DNA of 64,000 bases from an uncultured delta proteobacterium (GCA_963706575.1 CAVPNL010000006.1:832001-896000); one strand, 5' to 3'. Counted from the first letter of the stretch, positions 20,233 to 30,146 are shown. The notes: generated from the sequence alone by a model not told the origin. A program made the numbers and translations.

Positions 20233-20784
20233 ATGGATATGCAAAATATCGAAACCGAATTCACAGAACTTAAATCCCAGCTGGCGGCTCTGGATAAAAA
20301 AATCGCCGAAGACAAGCTTTCAATGGTGGTTTTCAGCGGCGATCTTGACAAAATCATCGCCGCTTTTGTTATTGCCACCGGTGCAGTTGCCATGGGGATG
20401 GACGCCGTCATGTTTTTCACTTTCTGGGGAACCCCGGTTCTCAGAGACGCAAAGAAGAGCGTGGGCGGTAAGGACACATTCGGTAAAATGTTCGGCGCCA
20501 TGCTGCCCAAAGGGCTGGGCCAGGTCAAGCTTTCCCAGATGAATATGGGGGGCATGGGTACGGCCATGATGAAATCTTTGATGAAAAAGAAGAACGTGGC
20601 GTCACTGGAGCAATTTTTGGAAATGGCGGAAGAACTCGGCGTGCGGATCTTTGTCTGTGAAATGTCTATGGATCTGATGGGATTTAAAAGAGAAGAAATG
20701 ATCGATTATAAAAATTTGACGTTTTGCGGGGTTGCTAAATTTTTAGAAGAAGCCGCTAACAGCAAGGTTCAGCTTTTTATTTAG
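20233..20784 (+). CDS. DsrE2/YrkE-like sulfur carrier (DsrE/DsrF/DrsH-like family)
   Basis: FSGDLDK, FFTFWG, CEMSMDLMG, GVAKFL. Confidence 0.9.
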   Translation: MDMQNIETEFTELKSQLAALDKKIAEDKLSMVVFSGDLDKIIAAFVIATGAVAMGMDAVMFFTFWGTPVLRDAKKSVGGKDTFGKMFGAMLPKGLGQVKLSQMNMGGMGTAMMKSLMKKKNVASLEQFLEMAEELGVRIFVCEMSMDLMGFKREEMIDYKNLTFCGVAKFLEEAANSKVQLFI

Positions 20785-20873
20785 TAGCGATGCTATTTGA
20801 GTCATTTTTATCCTTTTAGGAAGAATTTTAAAAACCACGAAACCCCCGGTTAATCCGGAATAGGAGGAACAAA

Positions 20874-21119
20874 ATGAGTGATGATATCAAAGTTGATAAG
20901 GTATTTGATTTGAAAGGTTTACCGTGCCCGATGCCGGTTGTGAAAGTCAGCAAAGGGATCAAAGAGGTTGAGATCGGTCAGGTAATTGAGGCTCAGTCAA
21001 CAGATCCCGGCTCATTGACGGACTTTCCGGCCTGGGCCAGGACCAGCGGAAACGAAATATTAAAAACTGAACAAGATGATGGTGATGTTATAAAGTTTTA
21101 TATCAAACGTAACGTATAG
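20874..21119 (+). CDS. tusA: Sulfurtransferase TusA family protein
   Basis: DLKGLPCPMP, TDPGS, DFPAW. Confidence 0.92.
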   Translation: MSDDIKVDKVFDLKGLPCPMPVVKVSKGIKEVEIGQVIEAQSTDPGSLTDFPAWARTSGNEILKTEQDDGDVIKFYIKRNV

Positions 21120-21167
21120 AACACGCATGCTAATCTTTTTTTAATTTGAAACTAAGGGGAGGTCGTT

Positions 21168-21878
21168 TTGCAGACGCTGTATTATATCATCTTGGTGCCG
21201 ATGGTCTATGTGGCCTTTGCCACTTTCTTTATCGGCACCGCGGTCCGGTTGATAAAGATTTTTAAAGAACCCAGCCATCCGGCCACGCTTCAGATTTATC
21301 CTGAGAAAAAACCCAGATGGCTATGGGCCTTGCATGACACGTTTCTGTTTCCCACCGTCCGCAGACACAAACCGCTGCTGTGGGTATTTTTGATGGCCTT
21401 TCACATTTGCATATTATTACTGATTATCGGTCATCTGGAGTTGTTTGGTGAAATCGAGACGCTCCAATTAATTCCCCATGAGATTTTTCTGGGACAGGGG
21501 CTTGTTGGATTGATTGCATCGATTGCCTTACTCTATTTCCTATTTCGCCGCTTTATTTCACCGGTGCGCGAACTTTCGGTTCCGGAAGATTATTATCTTT
21601 TAATCTTGCTATTTCTGGTGGTTCTTTTTGGCAGCCAGATGGATTGGGCCCGAAGATGGTACTTTTATGAGGAGCTAGGCGTTGATCATTACCGGGAATA
21701 CCTTTCCAGCCTCTTATATTTTAGGCCCTATTTACCGGGAGAGGTGACCGATACGGGTCATTCTTTTATGCTGGTGTTGCATGTATTTTTCGCGAATTTA
21801 TTTTTGATGTTTTTCCCGTTCAGCCAGCTGATGCATTCGTTCTTATCGTTGCCGATGAACAAGCTCAGGCGCGGTTAG
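21168..21878 (+). CDS. NarI/DsrM-like membrane cytochrome b subunit
   Basis: Multiple TM helices with His ligands (FH..GH; LHV..; FSQLMH), RR and EDY motifs; TTG start. Confidence 0.85.
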   Translation: MQTLYYIILVPMVYVAFATFFIGTAVRLIKIFKEPSHPATLQIYPEKKPRWLWALHDTFLFPTVRRHKPLLWVFLMAFHICILLLIIGHLELFGEIETLQLIPHEIFLGQGLVGLIASIALLYFLFRRFISPVRELSVPEDYYLLILLFLVVLFGSQMDWARRWYFYEELGVDHYREYLSSLLYFRPYLPGEVTDTGHSFMLVLHVFFANLFLMFFPFSQLMHSFLSLPMNKLRRG

Positions 21879-21879
21879 C

Positions 21880-21962
21880 GGTTCAAAGTTCTGGGTTCAG
21901 AGGTTCAGGGTTCTTGCCTCTGACTTTTGTTGTCTAACCTTTGAACCTTGAACCGTTGAACC
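21880..21962. repeat. GGTTCA-family tandem hairpin element inside the operon
   Basis: ggttcaaagttctgggttcagaggttcagggtt ... aacctttgaaccttgaaccgttgaacc. Confidence 0.85.
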
Positions 21963-22029
21963 AGGGGACTGACACCATAAATAGTAATAATTAACACCTA
22001 ATAAGACAATTATATATCAGAGGGATTTG

Positions 22030-23301
22030 ATGATGGATCAAAAAACACGTGATGATTTGCTTAAACTTTTTCAAGGCAAATTAAATGAAGCCATGCGGTT
22101 TTATCTGGAAACCTGCACCCGCTGCGGTGTATGCACCGAGGCCTGTCATGTACATGCTTCTATGGGGCAGGTCAAATATATTGCAGCATACCGCGGAGAA
22201 ATTGTGCGACGACTTTATAAAAAGTATTTCAAAGGTCGCGGAAAAGCTTGGCCGTCAGTGGGTGAGGCCAAAGAGCTCAGCGACATGGCCCTCGAGGAGC
22301 TGTATGACGCGGCTTACTCGTGCACGGGCTGCCGGCGCTGCATGGTGTATTGCCCGTTTGGGATTGACACCCAGATGCTGATGTCCATTGCCAAGTTGCT
22401 GCTGGTTGGCGCCGAATCCGAACCTGAAATCCTTACGCTGCTGGCGGACACCTCTATTGAGAAGGGTAAATCCATAGACTTGTTCAAAGAAAATTTTATG
22501 AAAGGCATCAAAAGGCTTGAGGCTGAAGTCGTTGAAAAATGGAAAATGGAAGCAGAAGAGACCGCCATTCCGGTGGATGTTGAGGGCGCGGATCTGCTCT
22601 ATGTTGCTCTGGCCGGAGCCCATTCGATCATTCCGGCGGCCGCTATTTTCAATGCAGCCGGCGAAAACTGGACCCTGAGCTTCTTTGAGGCCGTTAACTT
22701 CGGTGCCTTTGTGGGAGATCCCACCAAGACGAAGCTGATCTTGGATCGAATTGTCAATGAAGCCAAACGACTCAAGGTTAAAGAGGTCTGTATCTGTGAA
22801 TGCGGGACGGCTTATCGGGTAATGAAACAGCTTACCGGGAAACAGCCGTTTAAGGTCAGCTCGATTACCGAAGTCCATGCCAGATATATCCGGGACGGCC
22901 GCATCAAACTGGATAAAACCAAACTGGACGGGGCCGTCACCTACCATGATCCCTGTCAAATCGCGCGCAACGCCGGCGTGATGGATGAACCGCGCTATAT
23001 TTTGAAACATCTGACGGATGATTTCAGAGAACTTACTGATGATCCGCGCTACAACTGGTGCTGTGGCGGTGGTGGTGGACTGGTTGCCATGGGGGAAGAT
23101 ACCCTGGATTTTCGCATGAAATCCGCTAAGGTCAAGGTTGATCAGGTCAACGACACCGGCGCCCGCATTTTGGCCACTGCATGTGAGAACTGCCACGCCC
23201 AGCTGGACGATTTAAACAAGCATTACGAAATGGGTGTTGAGGTCAGATTTTTGAGTTCCATGATTGCCGATGCTTTAATACAGGACGCACAGGAGGTATA
23301 G
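22030..23301 (+). CDS. DsrK/HdrD/TmcB-like Fe-S and CCG-domain oxidoreductase
   Basis: Two CxxCxxCxxxC motifs, CECG, TYHDPC, CCGGGGG, ACENC. Confidence 0.9.
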   Translation: MMDQKTRDDLLKLFQGKLNEAMRFYLETCTRCGVCTEACHVHASMGQVKYIAAYRGEIVRRLYKKYFKGRGKAWPSVGEAKELSDMALEELYDAAYSCTGCRRCMVYCPFGIDTQMLMSIAKLLLVGAESEPEILTLLADTSIEKGKSIDLFKENFMKGIKRLEAEVVEKWKMEAEETAIPVDVEGADLLYVALAGAHSIIPAAAIFNAAGENWTLSFFEAVNFGAFVGDPTKTKLILDRIVNEAKRLKVKEVCICECGTAYRVMKQLTGKQPFKVSSITEVHARYIRDGRIKLDKTKLDGAVTYHDPCQIARNAGVMDEPRYILKHLTDDFRELTDDPRYNWCCGGGGGLVAMGEDTLDFRMKSAKVKVDQVNDTGARILATACENCHAQLDDLNKHYEMGVEVRFLSSMIADALIQDAQEV

Positions 23302-23499
23302 CCCTAAAATATCCGGCCTCGGGTTAAAAGCGCTACGTTTTTGCCAACCTGAAGACAACTATTTTCCATCCGACGCAAACAAAGTCCAAGCCAGATTTTT
23401 AATTGACCAAATCAAGATAGGGTGTCTGGATTTAAAAACAAGCATCTTATTTTCGCGTATTTTTTTATTGACAATATATACTACAAAGTGGGATATAAA

Positions 23500-23520
23500 T
23501 ATATCACAATGTGATATAAT
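23500..23520 (+). promoter_or_regulatory. Palindromic operator overlapping an extended -10 element
   Basis: TATATCACA-A-TGTGATATA perfect IR; TGaTATAAT. Confidence 0.55.
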
Positions 23521-23594
23521 AACGGTTCACAACTTTATATTTTTATTTTATGGGGCAACTTAAGAACAGTTCATTTATTCAAAGGGGACCAAAA

Positions 23595-23882
23595 ATGAAA
23601 ACCGTTGCTGTGCTTATTAACGATAAGGAGAAGCAATATGAAGGGCTGCGCTCGAGTCTGGGCATGCTGCTTTATAATACCTGGGTGCAGATGTTCGTGG
23701 TGAATGATGAAATTGCCAACATGGATGAAGCCTATCACGATAATATGGAGTTCCTCGATGAGATGGAGGGGGAACGCTTTTCAAACAACAAAACCAATGT
23801 TGAAAAATACGGTTTCAAATACGCATCCATTGAAGAGATCGGAGAAATGCTGCAAAAAGCCGACCTTGTTATTCCTTTTTAA
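23595..23882 (+). CDS. DsrF/TusC-like protein
   Basis: EGLRSSLG, ADLVIPF C-terminus; size and cluster context. Confidence 0.65.
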   Translation: MKTVAVLINDKEKQYEGLRSSLGMLLYNTWVQMFVVNDEIANMDEAYHDNMEFLDEMEGERFSNNKTNVEKYGFKYASIEEIGEMLQKADLVIPF

Positions 23883-23895
23883 GGAGGCATCTAAA

Positions 23896-24075
23896 ATGAA
23901 AATACTTCATATTCTTAGAACCCGGCCTGAGGCTACTGTTGAAAAATTAATGCAATCGGCGACCAACGGAGACCGATCAAAGGTGACCGAGCTTTATGAA
24001 TTCAAAGACGACCGAGATTGGGCGCAGCTCGTGGATGAAATTTTTTCCAACGACAAGGTAATAAGCTGGTGGTAA
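23896..24075 (+). CDS. Small DsrH/TusB-like protein
   Basis: MKILHIL...LVDEIFSNDKVISWW; AAGGAGG RBS. Confidence 0.65.
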   Translation: MKILHILRTRPEATVEKLMQSATNGDRSKVTELYEFKDDRDWAQLVDEIFSNDKVISWW

Positions 24076-24133
24076 CCCGCTCGCCATAGATACAGATTCA
24101 GGACTCAGAAACGAGAAGAAGGGAAGACACGTT

Positions 24134-24439
24134 ATGGCTGAAAAATTAGGTATCCTGGTCAGCTCAGATAAACACCTCGATTATGTGATCAATTTGACTG
24201 AGGCCGCGCATAAAAAAGACAAAGCGGTTGAAATATTTTTTACCGGGAAAGGTGTGCTTCTGACTCAGGCTTCGGATTTTAAAAAACTGATCGGCAAAGC
24301 CAAGATGACCCTGTGTGATGTGAGCTTCAGGGCTTTGAAGCTTGAGGGCGATGTCCCTGGACTCGGATTTAAAGATTTTGCCACCCAGGCAAAGAATGCG
24401 GATCTCATTGAAAAAAGTGACCGTTATTTGGTGTTCTAA
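24134..24439 (+). CDS. DsrE/TusD-like protein
   Basis: IFFTGKGV, LC..S, SDRYLVF. Confidence 0.75.
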   Translation: MAEKLGILVSSDKHLDYVINLTEAAHKKDKAVEIFFTGKGVLLTQASDFKKLIGKAKMTLCDVSFRALKLEGDVPGLGFKDFATQAKNADLIEKSDRYLVF

Positions 24440-24491
24440 CTTGCCCCCGGGATCAATAGCATCCAGCTGTCGGCATCAATAGGAAAAAACA

Positions 24492-24839
24492 ATGGATGTG
24501 AGCTGGAAAAGAAAAAAGACCATAAATGGAACAAATGGTGGCGGGGTTAATCTTGTCGCTGAGCTGGTTGACCATTATCATACGGCTGGCAACGCCAGTG
24601 GTAATTTTAATACCCAACTCGGCACCATCGGTGAGAAATTTCTAAATTCAAAAGCGCGCGACATGAGAGCATTCCACCAGGGGTTGTTTTGGGAGCATGT
24701 CGATCGGGAATTAAATCGCCTCATCTTGAAACCGCAGGAGAGGCAAAAAATAGAGTCTACTATTTCAGAAACGGTTCCGAGGCCCGATAGGGACTGGGCT
24801 CTTTGGAGTGTGACCTGTATTCCGCGCTATGATCCTTAG
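24492..24839 (+). CDS. Hypothetical protein
   Basis: 115-aa ORF with AGGA RBS, followed by a terminator-like hairpin. Confidence 0.6.
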   Translation: MDVSWKRKKTINGTNGGGVNLVAELVDHYHTAGNASGNFNTQLGTIGEKFLNSKARDMRAFHQGLFWEHVDRELNRLILKPQERQKIESTISETVPRPDRDWALWSVTCIPRYDP

Positions 24840-24853
24840 AATTCCAATTGCAT

Positions 24854-24900
24854 AAAAAAACGGCCTGGCTGCCCTTTTACAAGGGACAGTCAGGCCGCTT
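24854..24900. terminator. Intrinsic terminator between convergent genes
   Basis: A-run then cggcctggctgccctt..aagggacagtcaggccg stem. Confidence 0.75.
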
Positions 24901-24936
24901 CCTTAAAAGCTTCCCTCTTTCCTATATTTTAATCAA

Positions 24937-25788
24937 TTATTTACAGTGACCATCCTGTATTGCCCACTGCAACCCGTCACAATCACCCAGGTCGCAGGCC
25001 CTCCTGAAATCCGCACAGGAGTCTTTGATTTTTTTCATCTGGAAATAAACCAGAGCCCGATTCAGGTGCGCCTTTGCGTATCTGGGTTTGATCTGAAGGC
25101 ATTTATTGAAATCTGCTTCGGCTTGTTGGTATTGATCCAGGGCGTAGTAGGCATTGCCGCGATTGTTAAGCGCCTCGGCATATTGCGGTTTTATCCGGAT
25201 GGCCTGGCTGAAGTCATTGATGGCCTGCTGATGAAGCTCTAAATTGTAAAATGCCAGGCCCCTGTTGTTGTAGGATTCGGCCATTTTAGGGTTGGCCGCT
25301 ATGGCCTTATCCAAGTAGGTTTTGGCCTTGCCGGGATCCGTGTATTGCCCGTTTTGCCACAGGGTCTGTGCGGCCGCATTCCAGTCCGTATCTTTTGCGT
25401 CAGGGGCTTTTTTAATTCTGCGTTGCGGAAGTTTTATCGGTGCATCTCCCTTTTTAAGGCTCGGGTCCTGTTTCATCAGCGATGCAGGATCCCCTGCTAT
25501 ATCACTGACGAATTTGTACATCTGGCCCATCATTGCAGCGCCAAATACCCCCACGAGTACAAGCGGCGTCAGCTGAATGATCGTCCACAAGATCATTATT
25601 TTAGTGATTGCCAGGCTTTTGTGCTTGATCCAGCCCCAGATAAATGTCCATAAACCACAGGTAATAATCCCGATAATGCCTTGCAGCACCCCGCCGTGTT
25701 TAAATTGCTTAATCAGAACAATGATAAAAACGATCAAACTGATGAGCGCCAACACCGGGAACAAAAGACCGATACCCATTTCAAACAT
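24937..25788 (-). CDS. Membrane-anchored TPR protein
   Basis: Three N-terminal TM helices, TPR repeats (YNNRG, LNNRG), RACDLGDC end. Confidence 0.85.
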   Translation of the reverse strand: MFEMGIGLLFPVLALISLIVFIIVLIKQFKHGGVLQGIIGIITCGLWTFIWGWIKHKSLAITKIMILWTIIQLTPLVLVGVFGAAMMGQMYKFVSDIAGDPASLMKQDPSLKKGDAPIKLPQRRIKKAPDAKDTDWNAAAQTLWQNGQYTDPGKAKTYLDKAIAANPKMAESYNNRGLAFYNLELHQQAINDFSQAIRIKPQYAEALNNRGNAYYALDQYQQAEADFNKCLQIKPRYAKAHLNRALVYFQMKKIKDSCADFRRACDLGDCDGLQWAIQDGHCK

Positions 25789-25835
25789 AGTTTACCTCAT
25801 TTTCGTTTTTATTTAATGAAATGTTCTATCTATAT

Positions 25836-26279
25836 TTAAATCAGATTTATTATTCGTAAAATCCAGTAGGCCAGGATACTTAGCATTAGCAGACAGACGA
25901 TTCCGCTGAGCCTTTCAAAAGTCGCTATCTGATCAGCGATTTTTTGTTGAATCCCGGCCGGCAGGATGCTGGCGACGACCAGGAGAATACCGGCGCCTAA
26001 AAATAGGGGCGCAAATGCGTGCAAATCAATGGCGGCTTTCCAGTGCCCCTGGGCGAACAGCACCATCGCCCTTGTCAGGCCGCATGCGGGGCAGGCCACA
26101 CCCAGTGCTGATTTTAGCGGGCATTGCCATGCAATAGTGCCTGCCGTGGTTAATGCAACTTGCACAACTGTTGCTGCAGCCAGCAGAACGGTGGCCTGGC
26201 GGTTTCGCACCAGAGGTCCCAGGACAGGTGAAAAAAATTCGCTCCTGATTCGTGTGATTTTGATGCGATCGGATTTCAT
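25836..26279 (-). CDS. DUF2752 family membrane protein
   Basis: CP...GVACPACGLTRA motif. Confidence 0.85.
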   Translation of the reverse strand: MKSDRIKITRIRSEFFSPVLGPLVRNRQATVLLAAATVVQVALTTAGTIAWQCPLKSALGVACPACGLTRAMVLFAQGHWKAAIDLHAFAPLFLGAGILLVVASILPAGIQQKIADQIATFERLSGIVCLLMLSILAYWILRIINLI

Positions 26280-26636
26280 AGGGATTCTTACAATGCCAAT
26301 TAAGCTGTTTGCGGCAAAAATCCGTTTCGAAAGATTGGTGCAAAACGGTGTTGCCTACACATTCTGAATTATCGGCAAATATCTGAAAATCTTTATTTTT
26401 TATTGAATGCTGAGGCGAGAAGCCCTTATAAAACCATGGATTATCAAAGATCCAGCGTTCACCGTCCTATTTTTGAAAGGATCGGCGAATTGGCTGCTGG
26501 CTGGCTGATGTCGTTAAAATATTTTTTTTAGCCGACACATTAATTTTAGCAGATAATGCCGGTATTTAGCAAATTTTTCTAATAGATGGTGGTTTTATTT
26601 GGGTGTTAGGCTGTCGATCGCCGCGCTAAAGGGGTT

Positions 26637-27602
26637 CTAATAAAAGATGGTTCGGGTGCGATGGCGCGGGATGGATTTGTAGGCGGGCTGCTGGCCGCGA
26701 TTCCAGAGCAAAAAATCAAGTTCCATGGAGGTGATCGCCTGCCCGGATGCGTTGAGCGCATCCTTTAATCGCTCGACGGCATGCAGGGCACAGGCCCTGA
26801 TTTCGATTTCCTCCGCCGAGCCGGCTGGTATCAGCTTTCCCGCTTCGATGTGTTGGATCAACGCTTGCGGGTAAACTAAAATATGATCCACCCGCAGGAC
26901 ATGTGGTACCAGATTATCCGCGAAAATGGTTAGATTCTGCAGATCGTCAAAGCGTCCCAGCTCCCGACCCTCAAATGCCAGCGACAGGTCTGCAGCGGCC
27001 AACTGGGCGCGTTTATAAAATGGCACCTTGACTGCATCGTATAATTCAACATCGCAAAAGTAGGGCATCCGAATAAGCAGTTGAATCAGGCGTTCAGCCG
27101 ATGCACCGGCAGCCTCGATCAAGGCTGTAAAACCGCCGTCGAAATCTCCCAGCACATACCTGCCCAGGGCGTTTAAGGCTGTGGCAAAAAGCTGCATGAG
27201 TTCACCCATGTGCCGGCTATGCGAATCCTGGCCGAAAATCCGGCTGCAGTCTTGCGCAGTCAGTCGGGTTAATTCCCGTGCGCTAAGGGGCCCCTCATTT
27301 TTAAAACGGTCATTGAGGCAACTGGCCACCGTAAAATACCCGGACATGCCCGGGCGTTTCTTCATATGCGGAAAATATCCCGATCCGAAATTAATGCTGT
27401 CAAGGATCAAGAAAAAAGCGGCTGTGTCGTCACCCATGTTCAGGTAGTGGCTTGCGGCGTCATGTTCAGGCATGCTGGGCTTTATGTCCAACAACGAAGC
27501 AGCATATGAAGGGATCAAATCATAGTTGATTTGGATGTGGGCGGCACGCTCGGCCACGGTTTTGCAACCTGCCCGAACCTGTTCCAAGAGACTGCTTTGC
27601 AT
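26637..27602 (-). CDS. Queuosine salvage protein (Qng1/DUF2419 family)
   Basis: DSINF, GYF, FYKRAQL, LTIFADNLVPHVLR, EIEIRA, LDFLLW, HRTRTIFY. Confidence 0.88.
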   Translation of the reverse strand: MQSSLLEQVRAGCKTVAERAAHIQINYDLIPSYAASLLDIKPSMPEHDAASHYLNMGDDTAAFFLILDSINFGSGYFPHMKKRPGMSGYFTVASCLNDRFKNEGPLSARELTRLTAQDCSRIFGQDSHSRHMGELMQLFATALNALGRYVLGDFDGGFTALIEAAGASAERLIQLLIRMPYFCDVELYDAVKVPFYKRAQLAAADLSLAFEGRELGRFDDLQNLTIFADNLVPHVLRVDHILVYPQALIQHIEAGKLIPAGSAEEIEIRACALHAVERLKDALNASGQAITSMELDFLLWNRGQQPAYKSIPRHRTRTIFY

Positions 27603-27700
27603 CGATAGGTACCTGTTCTAGATTATTTTGCGACTGCGACGATTCAGACCGAAGGCTCTGTTTGTGGACGCGGTTTAATATCGACCGAAGAAAAAATATC

Positions 27701-28300
27701 TCACGGTTTTAGTTTTCGGATAATAATTTCCAGGTCTTTTGTTACGATAATTCGGCTGTCGTCCAATCCAGGCATGGTGGCATAACCCGTGATGGTCGCC
27801 TCTTTAACCTGATTTTTTGAAACGATCTGAATCTTGACATCCGACTCTTGTCTAGGATGGTGATAGATCTCGATCTTTTCTCCCGGGGCCAGTTCACCCA
27901 GATCCTGATCTTGTGCGGTGGATATGATAACGACCTGATTTAAGCGGTAAGGGCTTTCATTGACGATCTCAAGATAAATTTTACTTGCGAGATGACCGCC
28001 GACAAAGACGTAAACCAGGGCCAGGGGTATATTCAGAAGAATAAGCGTAATGGCGTTAATACTTATTCGTCTGCCCTCGCGCCGCTCGGGTTCGGCTGTC
28101 TGCATATTTAGTAACAAAAACAGCAAAACACATCCGATGCCAACGAGGCCCAGAATAAATCCGGCCACCAGCAACAGGAAGCCGATGTCCAACAGAAAAT
28201 AGGCGTGGGTCTGCCAGTATGCAAAAAGGACAATTGTCGCCACCAGCAGCGGAGCCCCCCAGCAGATAAACCCGGATATCAATAAAACCCTATATTTCAT
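27701..28300 (-). CDS. Hypothetical membrane protein
   Basis: Three TM helices then a soluble beta-rich domain. Confidence 0.7.
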   Translation of the reverse strand: MKYRVLLISGFICWGAPLLVATIVLFAYWQTHAYFLLDIGFLLLVAGFILGLVGIGCVLLFLLLNMQTAEPERREGRRISINAITLILLNIPLALVYVFVGGHLASKIYLEIVNESPYRLNQVVIISTAQDQDLGELAPGEKIEIYHHPRQESDVKIQIVSKNQVKEATITGYATMPGLDDSRIIVTKDLEIIIRKLKP

Positions 28301-28574
28301 TTCACCATGCCATTTCAGCTGGTTCTGAGCTTGCTCAAATTCTTAACATTATGATGACGAACGCATTTCCTTCTGTAAATTTTGCACATCTATTTTTATT
28401 ATTACCGGAGCGTCAACAGGGCAGAGCCGATTCTTCCTTTTTACCCGTATCATTCGGATCTGACCGGTTTCATCTGCACGATAACTGGGCACCGCTGTTA
28501 GGTGGTTATACGGAAAAATCGGAACAAAATCCGGTGGCATAACCACTATAAAATGATCTGTTGTCGCTTCATCT

Positions 28575-28835
28575 TCAGTTCACCTTCCATGAAAAATACC
28601 AGTCATCCTGTGGCATAAAGTTTTGACGCTGGAATATAAAATTGTCGTGATCCCCAGCTTCAAGCGCATAATTTGACCGGGTGATATTCACATCCTGTGG
28701 GAATAAGCGATACATGCCCTTTTGAAGCGGGTGTTTCCAGGGCGCTGTCGTGGTTAGGAGGTATCTGGCGTTCCTTTTTGGCGCCTGTTGTCGGTACTCA
28801 ACGGCGATGTGAATCTCCTCATCCGTTTGTTGCAT
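28575..28835 (-). pseudogene. Probable C-terminal gene fragment (DUF4424-like)
   Basis: Y.Q...ARYLLTTTAPW...NFMPQDD resembles the end of a larger exported protein; N-terminus absent. Confidence 0.35.
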
Positions 28836-28841
28836 TCCATG

Positions 28842-29411
28842 CTACGATCGCGGTTTGCCAAACCTTTGTCTGAAGGTGTCTACAAACACTCGATTCGCCC
28901 TTTTGGAAATTACCTCAAGGGGCGAGAAGCCTTTTCTCCAGGCAAGATAAAAGGTTATCATCATTAAAATGAAGGTGAGCACAATGTTCGGCCATGCGTT
29001 TAGGGCCCACTGGCCTGACCAGCTAAGTTCTATATTCCGGAGATAAGGATAAAAATACGGGATCGGCCACTGGTAGCCTTCGGGGCCACGGGAGCCGATG
29101 AGATCGCAAAACAGATGCAGATGAAAAACAAAAAACGCCAATAGGGCTGTTAATAATCGCCGTTTTGCTACTGCCAGCGCTGTAAGAAATATGACTATTG
29201 CGAGAGTTAGATTATGCCCGATGACATGATGATATTTGCTATACCAAAGCAATGGTTGTTCGGTATGTTGTGTGACCAGTTCGACCAGTATGCCCACTCC
29301 GTCAACATCCGGAGAGATACCCGCCAAAGTGATGATAACCCGATCACGGATTTCAAGCCTGGGTATGCTGGCGGCTGTCCAGCTTGCCAGAAGGTGTGTT
29401 ATTGGCTGCAT
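28842..29411 (-). CDS. Membrane metal-dependent hydrolase (YdjM/DUF457-like)
   Basis: TH, PDVD, HHVIGHN, HLHLFCD motifs. Confidence 0.85.
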   Translation of the reverse strand: MQPITHLLASWTAASIPRLEIRDRVIITLAGISPDVDGVGILVELVTQHTEQPLLWYSKYHHVIGHNLTLAIVIFLTALAVAKRRLLTALLAFFVFHLHLFCDLIGSRGPEGYQWPIPYFYPYLRNIELSWSGQWALNAWPNIVLTFILMMITFYLAWRKGFSPLEVISKRANRVFVDTFRQRFGKPRS

Positions 29412-29654
29412 ACCGTCACCCTTTGTGCGAAATTGAGGTTCAGCGGGCCCTGAAAACAGGAGTTCGCTGTGTAAAATCCCTGCTAAAGAAATCATATCGC
29501 AATTGGTCGGAAACCGCAAAAATTTGGCAGGAGAATATCCCATAAGCTATTCGTATGAAATAATATATAGATTCTAGCGCCTTATTAAAAATGCATCTTA
29601 AATCTTATAAATGGAGGGATATTAAACAGGGGATCATGCGGAAATATGTTAAAA

Positions 29655-30146
29655 TCACATCTTAATCAATTTTGTAAACTGCACCTTGTGGTCACCGGGC
29701 CGATTGTAATCGCTTGTTACCGGGAGACCGTCGATTTGGTCATCACCCGGTTCGAGCTGAAAGCCAATTCGTTTGTGAAATTCAACCGAGCCCCGGTTCA
29801 CCGGAGATGTGCATGCCCGTATGATATTGCGGCCATGGGTTCGACAGATTTCAAAAAAGCGCTCATACAATGTCGTGCCGAGACCCTTTTTGCGAAAATC
29901 CGGATGGACTCCCATGAAATGAACATATGCTTCATTTTTAAGCGCTGGTGAAATAAAGCCGATTAAAAAGCCGATCATCTCATCCTCTTTTTCGATCACA
30001 AAAGATGTATTGTTAAAGTGATTCAAAAACAGCCTCGGCAGCATGGCGGTAAGGTCGCGGCCGCCCCACCAGTACTGCAGGGCGGCAATAATTTTATCAT
30101 GATCGGCAGGTTCGGCCTTTCTGATCAATATATCTTTTGCGATCAT
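29655..30146 (-). CDS. GNAT family N-acetyltransferase
   Basis: YVHFMGVHPDFRKKGLG, TSPVNRGSVEFH. Confidence 0.9.
   Translation of the reverse strand: MIAKDILIRKAEPADHDKIIAALQYWWGGRDLTAMLPRLFLNHFNNTSFVIEKEDEMIGFLIGFISPALKNEAYVHFMGVHPDFRKKGLGTTLYERFFEICRTHGRNIIRACTSPVNRGSVEFHKRIGFQLEPGDDQIDGLPVTSDYNRPGDHKVQFTKLIKM

Noticed and set aside
22255..23196. 313-aa antisense ORF, plus the many other shadow ORFs
   Set aside because: They lie opposite or within well-supported genes and have no recognisable motifs.
20233..24439. Selenocysteine read-through in the DsrE/TusA/HdrD-like genes
   Set aside because: The ORFs are complete, with Cys at the expected motifs; no in-frame TGA at a catalytic position was seen.
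26310..26360. c-di-GMP-I riboswitch (ggcaaa...cgaaag...gcaaaac)
   Set aside because: The stems do not pair properly, and it is on the strand opposite the flanking genes.
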